This document shows, piece after piece, positions 28,341 to 38,517 of a DNA stretch of 64,000 bases. Every line of letters begins with the position of its first letter. Within the stretch, counting starts at the first letter, position 1. The notes beneath the pieces were generated by a model. That model ran no database searches and was not told the origin of the DNA. It saw only the letters and a program-made list of their open reading frames with translations. Where the stretch lies: contig CAWFFN010000009.1 of assembly GCA_963815115.1 (NCBI GenBank), forward strand, positions 1,504,001-1,568,000, read 5' to 3'. Made by a program: the position numbers and the translations under genes. This stretch comes from an uncultured delta proteobacterium. GTDB lineage: Bacteria > Desulfobacterota > Binatia > DP-6.

Positions 28341-28383
28341 GCGCGGTGGTAGCCCAGCCGCGCGCGTGCCTGCAAGCCGCGGA

Positions 28384-28968
28384 TCAGTCGTCGGCGGGTT
28401 CGGGAAGAAGGTCGTCGACGAGGAGCGCCGTGGCGGGGAACGCGACCAGCTCGACCCGCTCGCCGCGATGGGCGACATGCTGCTGCCGGTAGACGCGGGC
28501 GATCGGGTCCGGGTCGGCCAGCACCTCGATCCGGTCGTCCCGCAGGTTGACGATGAGATACTGGGGAACGGCGTCGCCGGCGTAGATGCGGGATTTCGAC
28601 AGCCGGTCCTGCGGCAGCGACGTGTCGGCGACCTCGACCAGGAGCAGCGCCGCCGTGGGATGGCGGTCGGTGTAGCGTCGCTGCTGCCAGGGGACCACGG
28701 CCACGTCGGGCTCGGGGACCGAGTGCGGTCCCGCGACCAGGCACGACTGGATCCGGACCATCGCGCGGTCTGCCACTGCGCGCTGGACCGCGGTCTGTGC
28801 GAGCCAGACGGCTCCGGCGTGGCGAGGATTCGACGGAGACTTGGCGACGATGACACCGTCGAGCAGCTCGACGCGGTCGGCCTCGTTCAGCAGTCCCAGC
28901 TCGACCAGGCCGAGGTACTGCTCGTACGTGTATCCCGCGCCGGAACCGCCCGCGTCCCCCGACGCCAT
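28384..28968 (-). CDS. Uma2 family endonuclease-like protein
   Basis: RVELLDG, PEPD, LLVEVADTS..D..K..IYA. Confidence 0.9.
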   Translation of the reverse strand: MASGDAGGSGAGYTYEQYLGLVELGLLNEADRVELLDGVIVAKSPSNPRHAGAVWLAQTAVQRAVADRAMVRIQSCLVAGPHSVPEPDVAVVPWQQRRYTDRHPTAALLLVEVADTSLPQDRLSKSRIYAGDAVPQYLIVNLRDDRIEVLADPDPIARVYRQQHVAHRGERVELVAFPATALLVDDLLPEPADD

Positions 28969-29027
28969 GACCCGAGGATACGCGCACCCGTGCCGGCCGG
29001 CAATGCCTGCCGCCGGAACCCCGTCCG

Positions 29028-29903
29028 CTAGGCGCGCTTCGCGCGCTCGCCGACCGGCCGGATCAGCCCCTCCTGCGCCACGCTCGCCACCAGATGGCCG
29101 TCGCGGGTGAAGAGGTGAGCCATGGTGAAGCCGCGCGCGCCATGGGCTGCGGGACTCTCCTGCGCGTAGAGCAGCCACTCGTCGGCGCGAAAGGTGCGGT
29201 GGAACCACATCGCGTGATCGAGGCTCGCCATGACGTAGTGCGGGTCGTTCCAGGCGATGGCATGGGGCATGGTGGCGGTGTCGAGCAGCGAGAGGTCCGA
29301 GGCGTACGCCACCACGCACTGGTGCAGCAGCAGGTCGTCCGGCAGCTGGCGGCTGGCGCGGATCCACACCAGCTGGCGCGGCGCGCGCCTGGTCGGCTTG
29401 AAGGGGTTGTCCGCTTCCACCGAGCGCACCTCGATGGGCCGATCGCGGGTGGCCCACTCGAGCGCCCCGGCGGGCAGCGAGTCGCGCACCTTGGCGAGGC
29501 GCTCCTCGAAGCTCGGCAGGGTCTCCGGGTCGGGCGCCTCCGGCATCGCGGCCTCGTGCTCCGGTCCCTTCTCCTCGGGCTGGAAGGACGCGGCCAGGTT
29601 GAAGATGGCCTCGCCGTGCTGGATGGCGACCACCCGCCGGGTGGTGAACGAGCGACCGTCGCGGATGCGGTCCACCATGTAGAGGATGGGCTTGGCGGGA
29701 TCGCCCGGGCGCAGGAAGTACGCGTGCAGGGAGTGCACGGCTCCCCGCTCGACCGTGCGGCCCGCGGCGACCAGCGCCTGGCCCGCCACCTGCCCCCCGA
29801 ACACGCGCTGGCGATTCTCCTGCGGGCTGCGGCCGCGGAACACGTTCACCTCGAGCTCCTCGAGATCGAGGATCTCGAGCAGGCCATCGACGGCGTCCGG
29901 CAT
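29028..29903 (-). CDS. tesB: Acyl-CoA thioesterase II
   Basis: VFGGQVAGQAL, HSLHAYFLRPGD, YASD, ASLDHAMWFH, VAQEGLIR. Confidence 0.95.
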   Translation of the reverse strand: MPDAVDGLLEILDLEELEVNVFRGRSPQENRQRVFGGQVAGQALVAAGRTVERGAVHSLHAYFLRPGDPAKPILYMVDRIRDGRSFTTRRVVAIQHGEAIFNLAASFQPEEKGPEHEAAMPEAPDPETLPSFEERLAKVRDSLPAGALEWATRDRPIEVRSVEADNPFKPTRRAPRQLVWIRASRQLPDDLLLHQCVVAYASDLSLLDTATMPHAIAWNDPHYVMASLDHAMWFHRTFRADEWLLYAQESPAAHGARGFTMAHLFTRDGHLVASVAQEGLIRPVGERAKRA

Positions 29904-30008
29904 GGTCGCCCTTGTGGCACGGCGACGCGCCCGTTGCACCTGGCGAGGCGGATGCGAGGTGCGGTCGTCCGCTTGCATCGCGGGCGATAGCGGGGAGAGA
30001 TTCGTGGC

Positions 30009-31040
30009 ATGCGCGCCGCCGTGATGCGAAGCTCTCAGCTCGTCGTCGACACCCTGCCCGATCCGGAGCCCGCAACGGGCGAGATGCTGGTGCGCACCCT
30101 CGCCTGCGGCATCTGCGGCTCCGACCTGCACGCGCTCACCCACGCGCACAAGATCGTGGAGGCGGCGCGCGAGGCCGCCGCGCCGTTCGCCATGGACCCC
30201 ACGCGCGACATCGTCATGGGCCACGAGTTCTGCGCCGAGGTGATCGACTACGGCCCGGACACCACGGGCGCTGTCCGGCCGGGTGACCGGATCGTGTCGA
30301 TGCCGCTGCTCTTCCGCGGCTCGAGCATCCAGGCCATCGGGTACTCCAACGACGTGCCCGGCGGCTACGGCGAGCTGATGGTCCTCTCGGCCGCGCTCGC
30401 GCTGCCGGTGCCGAACGGCTTGTCCACCGACCGCGCGGCGCTCACCGAGCCCATGGCGGTCGGGATGCACGCCGTCGAGAAGGCGCACATGGAGCCGCAC
30501 GACGCCGCGCTGGTCGTCGGCTGTGGCCCGGTCGGGCTGGCGGTGATCGCGGCGCTGAAGCTGAAGGGTATCGAGCCGATCGTCGCCGGCGACTTCTCGC
30601 CGATGCGGCGCGCCCTGGCCGAGCGCATGGGCGCGCACGCCGTGGTCGATCCCCGTGCTCGCCCGCTCATCGAGGCCTATCGCGAGGTCGCCGACCTCCG
30701 GCCGGCGGTCGTCTTCGAGTGCGTCGGGATACCGGGCATGCTGCTGGACATCATGCGGCTGGCGCCGCACGGTGCCCGCATCGTGGTGGCCGGAGTCTGC
30801 ATGGACGACGACACCATCCGGCCGATCCTCGCCATCAACAAGGAGCTCAACCTGCAGTTCGTGCTCGGGTACACGCCCTTCGAGTTCCAGGACACGCTCA
30901 CGGCCATCGCCGACGGGCGCATCGACGTGGCGCCGCTGGTGACCGGCACGGTCGGCGTCGAGGGCGTGGCGCAGGCGTTCCGCGATCTCGCCACCCCGGA
31001 GCAGCACGCCAAGATCCTGATCGAGCCGTGGCGCGCGTGA
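30009..31040 (+). CDS. Zinc-binding (MDR) dehydrogenase
   Basis: CGICGSDLH, GHEF, GCGPVG. Confidence 0.92.
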   Translation: MRAAVMRSSQLVVDTLPDPEPATGEMLVRTLACGICGSDLHALTHAHKIVEAAREAAAPFAMDPTRDIVMGHEFCAEVIDYGPDTTGAVRPGDRIVSMPLLFRGSSIQAIGYSNDVPGGYGELMVLSAALALPVPNGLSTDRAALTEPMAVGMHAVEKAHMEPHDAALVVGCGPVGLAVIAALKLKGIEPIVAGDFSPMRRALAERMGAHAVVDPRARPLIEAYREVADLRPAVVFECVGIPGMLLDIMRLAPHGARIVVAGVCMDDDTIRPILAINKELNLQFVLGYTPFEFQDTLTAIADGRIDVAPLVTGTVGVEGVAQAFRDLATPEQHAKILIEPWRA

Positions 31041-31313
31041 CGGCGGCGGCGCCGTCCCTCTGAGCGTCGCGCTCCGCGCGCGTCGCGCGAACGGCGCGAT
31101 GCGCAGGTCCTCTTCGCGCGGATCGCAGCCAAGAATACATGGCATGCATCCACCCAGTCATGAGAATCGCTGCGCGTGAAAAATTCGTTGACGCCGTCCG
31201 GCGGCGAGAGGTAGACGCCACGAGGTTTCACGCGTTCGCACGATCGACGGACGCGGGGTCTTCCAGGACGAGCAGCCGATCGCGACGCTGCGGCGTCGGA
31301 GGAGGGTGCCACG

Positions 31314-33791
31314 ATGGTGACGGCAGGCCTGCGCAGGACGATGGCCACGGTCTGGCTGCTGGCGCTGCGCCTCGCCCTCGCCCCGGGTCTCGCCGTCGCC
31401 GAGCCGGTGACCGTCGAGGGCACGCTCGACGTGGTCGTGGAGGACCGGGCAACCGGTGCGACGCTGCTCTACAGCGTGAACGCCGCCGGACGGCGCTATT
31501 TCCTGGACGTTCCCGACGGCGTGCCGATCGGGCAAGCAGGAAGTCGCGTCCGGGTGCGCGGAACGCGCACGGGGCAGCGGGTGGCAGTCGACGAGGTTCT
31601 GCCGCTCGCGAGCGACGAGGCCGCGTCGCGTGCTGCCGGCCCTCTCGCCGCCGCGGCGTCTCCATCCGGTCCCACGGGGCTGCAGCGGACACTCGTCCTG
31701 CTGCTGAACTTCACCGCGTATCCGGACCAGCCGTTCACGACGGCCCAGGTGCGCGACGCGGTCTTCGATGCACCCACCAGCATGAACGCGTTCTACCGGG
31801 AGAACTCCTTCGATCAGGTGCACTTCGCCGGCGACGTCGTCGGCTGGCTCACGCTACCCGGCACACCTCCGAACTGCGACGGCTTTGCTCTGCTGGATGA
31901 CGCTCTGGACGCCGCCGACCCGATGGTCAATTTCACCCAGTACGATCGGCTGATCCTCGTCAGCCCGGCAATCCGCGCCGTGGCCGGCTGCCCCATCGAG
32001 GGAGGGTTCGCGACACTTGGCCAGACCGCCTATCCGACGCCCGATGGCGTGGCGCAGCTCTCCGTCTCCTGGATCTACGATTTCAGCCTCTTCGTGCTCG
32101 AGCACGAGATGGGACACAACCTGGGCGTGATGCACGCCAACAGGCTCGAATGCCCGACGGAGCGCATCGATTCGACCTGCACGCATCGCGAGTATCAGGA
32201 CCCGTTCGACGTGATGGGGACGAACGCCTTCCATCTCAATGCCGCCCACAAGGAGCGGCTCGGCTGGTTGCTGCCGGCGAACGTCGCCGCGGCGACCGGC
32301 GACGGGACGTTCGCGCTGCAGGCGCTCGAGTCGCCGACGGGGGGCGTCCAGGCGGTCAAGATCCAGGCACCCAGCCCGGGCTCCAGCGTCTTCTACTACT
32401 ACGTCGAGCACCGTGAGCCCGAGGGCTTCGACGCCGGGCTCGCGGGGTATCCGACGGTGCTCGCCGGCGCGCAGGTGCGGCGCGCGTGCGCCGGATGTCC
32501 GGATACCGAGCTGATCGCCACGCCGAAGATGGACATCAACGCCGCGATCGCGCCCGGCGACGCCTTCACGCTGGACGGTCCGCATCCGCTCTTCCTGACG
32601 CCGCTCGGCGTGACGGGCGGGCATCTCGACGTGCGCCTGCGACACTTCGAGCTGCCGCCGGTCGCCGACGCCGACGGCGAGATCGGCGCGCTGCTGGCAC
32701 TCCGCGTGCCGGCGCGCGATCTGCTCGGCCACGCCCTCGCCCTGTCGATGACGGGGGCGCCCGCCGGGGCGACGCTGCACCTGCTGGGCGATGCGAACCT
32801 GGACGGCGTGCTGACGTCCGCCGACGCGAGCCTGGCGGCGTCGCTCGCGTCCGCGCCGGGCGGGACCGAGGAGCAGCGCGCGCTCGCCGACGTCGACGGC
32901 GACGGCGCCGTGACCGGCGCCGACGCGAGCGCCATCGGCGCCGTGGTCGGAGGGACGGCGCCTCCCCTCAACACCGGCGTGCTGCTGTGGCGTCCGACCG
33001 TTTCCCAGTGCGGCGCCTACCCGGTGACCTTCACGGTCACGGAGGGCGCCCAGTCGATGAGTCGCATGGTGACGGTGGCGGCGGGAAGACCGCGCAACGC
33101 GCTGCCGCTGCCCGACGGGTGGGTATGGGGCCATGTGAAGATCACCGTCGAGACGGGATGTCCGGCCGTCGACCTCTCGATCGCGGGCGGCCCGGCGCAG
33201 CCCATGCCGAGATCGGGAGCGCTCTGGGATACGACCACGATCGCCGACGGGAGCTACCAGCTTCGCGCGACCGTCGGCGGGAATGCCAGCACGGTGTGGA
33301 CGGTCACGGTCGAGAACCAGCCCCCGATGCTTCAGCTCCAGAAGGGCTCGTTCAAGTACTCCGGCCCCACGCGACCCAGCAAGCTGACGGTCAGCGGCAC
33401 GCTCGGCTTCCCCGGCGTGGTGCCGACCTCCTTGCCACAGGGCGGTACACCCTGGATCGTCGCCGTCGGACGGTTCGGCTTCTTCGAAGTGACCGGGCTG
33501 CTGTTCCAGGTCGTCTGCAACCCGGCGGGATCGTCCTGTCGCGGGGAGATCGCGGGAGACATCGGCCCGGCCGGCTCCAGGAGCAGGACGCTGGTCCGGC
33601 TGACGGCCCGCGACGGCCTGGTGCGCTTCCGTATCACCGGACGGGACGTGGGCGTGGTGACCGCGCTCCCGGACGGCGATGCGCTGGTCGACGTCGGCTT
33701 CTGCTTCGGCTCGCTCTCCCCCTGCCTGCTGCCGAGGATCCAGTTCCGGCGCCAGAACGCGACGACGTACGCGTTGCGCAAGCTGCACTGA
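31314..33791 (+). CDS. Secreted metzincin peptidase (M11/M6-like) with dockerin and Ig-like domains
   Basis: Signal peptide; HEMGHNLGVMH; YQDPFDVMG Met-turn; GDANLDG..AD and ADVDGDG..AD dockerin repeats; WDTTTIADGSY Ig motif. Confidence 0.85.
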   Translation: MVTAGLRRTMATVWLLALRLALAPGLAVAEPVTVEGTLDVVVEDRATGATLLYSVNAAGRRYFLDVPDGVPIGQAGSRVRVRGTRTGQRVAVDEVLPLASDEAASRAAGPLAAAASPSGPTGLQRTLVLLLNFTAYPDQPFTTAQVRDAVFDAPTSMNAFYRENSFDQVHFAGDVVGWLTLPGTPPNCDGFALLDDALDAADPMVNFTQYDRLILVSPAIRAVAGCPIEGGFATLGQTAYPTPDGVAQLSVSWIYDFSLFVLEHEMGHNLGVMHANRLECPTERIDSTCTHREYQDPFDVMGTNAFHLNAAHKERLGWLLPANVAAATGDGTFALQALESPTGGVQAVKIQAPSPGSSVFYYYVEHREPEGFDAGLAGYPTVLAGAQVRRACAGCPDTELIATPKMDINAAIAPGDAFTLDGPHPLFLTPLGVTGGHLDVRLRHFELPPVADADGEIGALLALRVPARDLLGHALALSMTGAPAGATLHLLGDANLDGVLTSADASLAASLASAPGGTEEQRALADVDGDGAVTGADASAIGAVVGGTAPPLNTGVLLWRPTVSQCGAYPVTFTVTEGAQSMSRMVTVAAGRPRNALPLPDGWVWGHVKITVETGCPAVDLSIAGGPAQPMPRSGALWDTTTIADGSYQLRATVGGNASTVWTVTVENQPPMLQLQKGSFKYSGPTRPSKLTVSGTLGFPGVVPTSLPQGGTPWIVAVGRFGFFEVTGLLFQVVCNPAGSSCRGEIAGDIGPAGSRSRTLVRLTARDGLVRFRITGRDVGVVTALPDGDALVDVGFCFGSLSPCLLPRIQFRRQNATTYALRKLH

Positions 33792-33922
33792 GCACGGGCA
33801 GACGTTCCGCCGGCACCAGGGGGCTCTCCGGCCTTGCTCCGGCGGGTGGGTTCGGCGACGGATTCCGGAGCTTCCGCTTCCAGGCGTTGCGCCTCCCGCG
33901 CGGCGGCGCTAGCGTGCCCGCG

Positions 33923-34522
33923 ATGGGAATGCCCGCCCCCCGGACCGCCACCGCAGAGCTGGCCCCCGGCGAGCAGCGCCTGACGCTCCACGGCGTCACA
34001 TGGGAGCAGTACGAGACGCTCCGCGCAGCGCTCGACCACATCGCCGGCCTGCGCATGACCTACCTCGCGGGGGTGCTGGAGCTGATGAGCCCGTCGCTCG
34101 ACCATGAAGGCATCAAGACGTCGCTCGCGCGCCTGCTCGAGATATACGCGCTCGAGCGCGACGTTCCCCTGAACGGCTACGGGTCGACCACCTTCCGCAA
34201 GCGGGTGAAGGAGCGGGGTCTCGAGCCCGACGAGTGCTACTGCGTGGGCCCGATCAAGGAAGTCCCGGACATCGCCATCGAGGTGGTGCTGTCGAGTGGG
34301 GGCATCGACAAGCTCGAGGTCTACCGCGGGCTCGACGTGCCCGAGGTGTGGTTCTGGGAGGAGGGGAGGCTCGCCGTCTTTCAGCTCGGCATCGATGGCT
34401 ACCAGGCCGCCCGGCGTAGCCGCTTCCTTCCCGACCTCGACCTCGAGCAGCTGCTCGTCTTCGTGCGGCCAGACGATCAGACCGACGCGGTGCGGGCCTA
34501 TCGCGACGCGTTGCGCACCTGA
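33923..34522 (+). CDS. Uma2 family endonuclease-like protein
   Basis: LHGVTWEQYE, LELMSP, GLEPDECY, PDIAIEV, VPEVWFW. Confidence 0.92.
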   Translation: MGMPAPRTATAELAPGEQRLTLHGVTWEQYETLRAALDHIAGLRMTYLAGVLELMSPSLDHEGIKTSLARLLEIYALERDVPLNGYGSTTFRKRVKERGLEPDECYCVGPIKEVPDIAIEVVLSSGGIDKLEVYRGLDVPEVWFWEEGRLAVFQLGIDGYQAARRSRFLPDLDLEQLLVFVRPDDQTDAVRAYRDALRT

Positions 34523-34579
34523 GGCGGTGAGTCCGTTGCGCCCGTTGGACCCGCGCTCCCGGCGCGCCCCTCGGGTCGG

Positions 34580-36830
34580 CTAACCGTCCATGCCCTGCGC
34601 CACCGGCTCCACGGTGACCGGCGTCCCGAACAGCACGGCGGTTCCGCTCGCCTCGTCGTAGGCTCGATCGTCGGTGAGCACGTTCGTATTGACGCCGGCG
34701 TGTGCCCTGGCCACGGTCAGGCGAGAGCCCTCGACGTCGTGTCCCCAGCCGTGAGGCAGGCTGACGACGCCGGGCATGAGATCGTCGGTGACCTCGACCG
34801 GCGCGACGACGCTGCCCACCCGGCTGGTGATGCGCGCGCGAGCTCCCGTGCGTCAGCCCGATGCGACCGGCGTCGTGCCGCGAGATCTGCAGCGTGCAGC
34901 GATCGCGACCCTTCACCAGCGCCGGCAGGTTGTGCATGAACGAGTTGCTGCAGCGCAGGTCGCGGCGCCCGATCAGCACCATGCCGTCGGCACGCTGCGC
35001 CATCTGTCGCTTGCAGGCGAGTGACGTCGCCGGTCATCGTCGGGGGCGCGAGCTCGATCACCCCGCTCTCCGTGTTGATGATCTCCTCGCAGCCGTGGCT
35101 GCAGCGGCCCGAGATCGATGCCATGGGCAGCGGCCTGCACCGCGGCGAGCGTCAGGCCACCCGGCCGGCGGCCGAACCCGTCGCCATGGGGCCCGATGCG
35201 CAGCAGCATGTCGATGATGCGATCGGGTCCGATCGCGCCGTCCAGCTTCTCGACGACCTCATCCACGGTGAGGCCGGGCCAGGGGCAGCTCTCGTCGATC
35301 GCCCCCTCGGCGAGCCGGCGGAACACGAAGTCGTCGACCGCCTGCGCGGGCATGCCGCCCAGGCCCATCAGCCTGGCGCCGAGATTCGAGAGCACCTCCC
35401 AGCTATCGGGAGTGCCCGGCGGCGGCGGCACGGCCGGCCACGACCACTTCGCCACGTTGCGCACCGAGAGCAGGTAGAAGGGAAGCTCGTAGCCCGACTG
35501 CTCGGCGGGGCGAGGGCGTGGGCAGGATGACGTGGGCGTGGCGCGTCGTCTCGTTGATGTAGAAATCGATCGCGACCAGGAACTCCAGGCCGGCGAAGGC
35601 TCGCTCGAGCTGCTCGGAGTTGGCGGCGCTGCGCACCGGGTTCGTCATCAGGAGGATCATCGCGCGCACCTGGCCGTCGCCGGGCGTGAGCATCTCCTCG
35701 GCCATGGTGGAGGAGGGGATCAGCCCGCCGACCTCCGGCTGGCCGCTGACCCGGCTCTTCCAGCGCCCGATCTCGAAGCCCTTGCCCTTCGGCAGCGCGG
35801 CATCGAGCGGCGCCGCCGGAGTGGGGAACATGACGCCGCCGGGGCGGTCGAGGTTGCCGGTGAGGATGTTGACGAGGTCGCAGCCCCAGGTGGCCAGGGT
35901 GCCGAACTCCTGCACGCAGGTCCCGAGGCGCCCGTAGCATGCGGCGGACTGGGCGGCTGCCAGCTCGCGTGCGATGCGGCGGATCGTGCCGGCCGCGATG
36001 CCGCAGAACCCGGCGACCGCCTCCGGGGCGAACGCACGGGCTGTCGCCTGCACCTCGTCGAGGCCGCCGACGCGCCCCGCGGCCGCGCCGAGGTCCACCA
36101 GACCCTCCTCGAACAGCGTGTGCACGAGCGCGAGGAGGAACGCTGCGTCGGTGCCGGGCCGGATGAAGTGATGCTCGCTCGCGAGCCGCGCCGTCTCGGT
36201 ACGTCGCGGATCGATCACGACCACCTTGCCGCCGCGTTCGATGACCGCCTTCAGGCGGCCCGGCGCGTCGGGCATCGTCATGAGGCTGCCGTGCGAGATG
36301 GCGGGGTTCGCGCCGATGATCAGCAGATGGTGCGTGCGGTCGATGTCGGGCACGGGAACGGCGGTCGGAAATTGCCGCCCGAACATCAGGCCCGTCTGGA
36401 CGATCTTCGGCAGCGTGTCGATCGCCGCCGAGTTGAACATGCTGCGGCTGGCGAGCGCGCGCTGGAGCACGGCGCGATAGACGAGCGCGCCCACGTCGTG
36501 CACGACGGGATTCCCGCTGTACATCCCGATCGCGTCGTTGCCGGAGCGCTCGCGGATGGCGATCAGGCGGGACGCCACCTCCTCGTAGGCCTCCTCCCAG
36601 GTGATCTCCTCCCACCCGGTCGCCGTGCGGCGCACGGGCCGCCGCAGCCGTTCGGGATCGTGGTGCAGCTCCTTCAGCCCGTACGCCTTGGGACAGATGA
36701 AGCCGCGCGAGAAGGGATCCTCCTTGTCGCCGCGGACGCCGACGATCGCGTCGCCCTCGACCTCGACGGCGAGGCCGCAGGTGGCTTCACAGAATGGACA
36801 GACCCGGTGAACGGTTCGGCGATCCGACAT
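34580..36830 (-). pseudogene. Molybdopterin-dependent oxidoreductase with N-terminal 4Fe-4S motif; about 4 frameshifts in the 3' part (probably sequencing errors)
   Basis: CPFCEATCG..ICPK, GANP.ISHG, DPRRTETA, GNLDRPGG, PGVVSLPHGWG; extra bases near 35508, 35085, 35007 and 34845. Confidence 0.85.
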
Positions 36831-36888
36831 CTCCGGCACTCCTCGTGGCTGCGGCATCCGCCTTGTCGCAGGCCGCATCATGGGATAC

Positions 36889-36938
36889 GAAAGTGGCCCT
36901 GGCAACGAGCCACTTTCATTAAATCCGATGGGGCCACT
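36889..36938. promoter_or_regulatory. Probable MocR-family operator
   Basis: Perfect inverted repeat GAAAGTGGC-N11-GCCACTTTC (36889-36917) plus a third GCCACT at 36933-36938. Confidence 0.65.
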
Positions 36939-36941
36939 CTG

Positions 36942-38414
36942 ATGTTCGTCTCGCTCGACGGCGCCGGCCCCTTGCACCGCCAGGTCTATCGCGCGCTGCG
37001 CTCGGAGATCCTTGCGCGCCGCTTCAAGCCGGGCGCCCGGCTGCCCTCGACGCGCGTCCTCTCCGCCGAGCTCGGCGTGTCGCGCAACGTGGCGATGCTG
37101 GCGTACGAGCAGCTCCTCGGCGAGGGATACGCGCAGGCCCGAACGGGCTCGGGGACCGTCGTCGCCCCGACGCTTCCCGAGGACTGGGGCGAGACGGAAG
37201 CGGCCGCCGGCTTGCGCCTCGGCGCATCGCCGGCCCGCGTGGAGCCTCGCCTGGCGCGCGCCGGCACGAGGGCGGTCGAGATCGCTCGCGCGACGCGGAG
37301 ACCCGGAGCTCCGCGCGACCGCGGCCCGGCGTACGACTTTCGTGCCGGGCGGCCGTCCTTCGGCGACTTCCCGCGCGCGGTCTGGTGCCGGCTGCTCGGG
37401 CGCCGCGCCCGGAGCGCCAGCCGGCGCGAGCTGGACTACGGGCCGCCCGAGGGACGGTTGGAGCTGCGCGAGGCGCTCGCCGAGCGGCTGCGCCGGGTGC
37501 GGGGAGTCGAGACCACCGCGGAGCGCATCGTCATCGTCAACGGCTCGCAGCAGGCGCTCGACCTGGTGACCCGCGTCCTGCTGGAGCCGGGTGACCGGGT
37601 GCTCATCGAGGAACCGCACTACCTCGGCGCGCGGCAGGCGTTCGCCGCGGGCGGGGCCGCGCTGGTGCCGGCGCTCGTCGACGGAGACGGCATGCAGATC
37701 CCGAAGCCGGTCGTGCGGGGGGCGCCGCGTCTGGCCTACGTCACTCCCTCGCACCAGTTCCCGACCGGGGTCGTGCTGCCGCTTGCCCGCCGGCTCGAGC
37801 TCCTCGACTGGGCGGCCGGCAGCGGAGCCTTCGTGGTCGAGGACGACTACGACAGCGAGTATCGCTACGCCGGCCGCCCGCTCCAGGCGCTCGCCGGCCT
37901 CGATGACGCCGGGCGCGTCATCTACGTGGGCACGTTCTCGAAGCTGATGTTCCCGGCGCTCCGGCTCGGCTACCTGGTCCTGCCGGACACGCTCGTCGAG
38001 CCGATCGTCGCCGCCAAGGCGCTCGCGGACACCGGCAGCCCGGCGCTCGAGCAGCTCACCCTCGCCGACTTCATCCGCGAGGGGCACCTCGACCGCCACC
38101 TGCATCGCTCGCGCGCCCGCAACGCGTCCCGCCGTGCCGTGTTGCTCGCCGCCGTCCGTGACCACTTCGGAGACCGCGCCGAGGTCTGCGGAGCAGCCAC
38201 CGGGCTGCATGTGCTGGTCTGGCTGCGCGGCCGCGATGGGGAGCCGATCGGATCGCTGGCGCGCAAGGCGGAAGCGGCGGGCGTCGCCGTCTACCCGGTC
38301 GCGCCGTTCTACCTGCACCCGCCGCGGCGCAGCGGCGTGCTGCTCGGATACGGGCCGCTCAGCGAGCGACAGATCCGCGAGGGGGTCGCGCGCCTGGCCG
38401 CGGCGCTGGACTGA
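36942..38414 (+). CDS. MocR/GabR family regulator (GntR HTH + PLP aminotransferase domain)
   Basis: RLPSTR.L..ELGVSRN, YVTPSHQFPTG, EDDYDSEYRY, GTFSK. Confidence 0.95.
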   Translation: MFVSLDGAGPLHRQVYRALRSEILARRFKPGARLPSTRVLSAELGVSRNVAMLAYEQLLGEGYAQARTGSGTVVAPTLPEDWGETEAAAGLRLGASPARVEPRLARAGTRAVEIARATRRPGAPRDRGPAYDFRAGRPSFGDFPRAVWCRLLGRRARSASRRELDYGPPEGRLELREALAERLRRVRGVETTAERIVIVNGSQQALDLVTRVLLEPGDRVLIEEPHYLGARQAFAAGGAALVPALVDGDGMQIPKPVVRGAPRLAYVTPSHQFPTGVVLPLARRLELLDWAAGSGAFVVEDDYDSEYRYAGRPLQALAGLDDAGRVIYVGTFSKLMFPALRLGYLVLPDTLVEPIVAAKALADTGSPALEQLTLADFIREGHLDRHLHRSRARNASRRAVLLAAVRDHFGDRAEVCGAATGLHVLVWLRGRDGEPIGSLARKAEAAGVAVYPVAPFYLHPPRRSGVLLGYGPLSERQIREGVARLAAALD

Positions 38415-38445
38415 GCGTTCGCGCGATCACTTCCGCTGCGATGCA

Positions 38446-38474
38446 TTGACCGCTCCGGCGGCCGGCACTACCCT
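38446..38474 (+). promoter_or_regulatory. sigma70-type promoter
   Basis: TTGACC-N17-TACCCT upstream of the Uma2 gene. Confidence 0.5.
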
Positions 38475-38517
38475 CCGGCGGGTGCAGTCCCGCCCGCCAG
38501 CCGGGGAGGCCAGACGC

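Noticed and set aside
34580-36830. Selenocysteine or programmed frameshifting in the molybdoenzyme
   Set aside because: No in-frame TGA; the breaks are several scattered +1 bases with no consistent slippery site.
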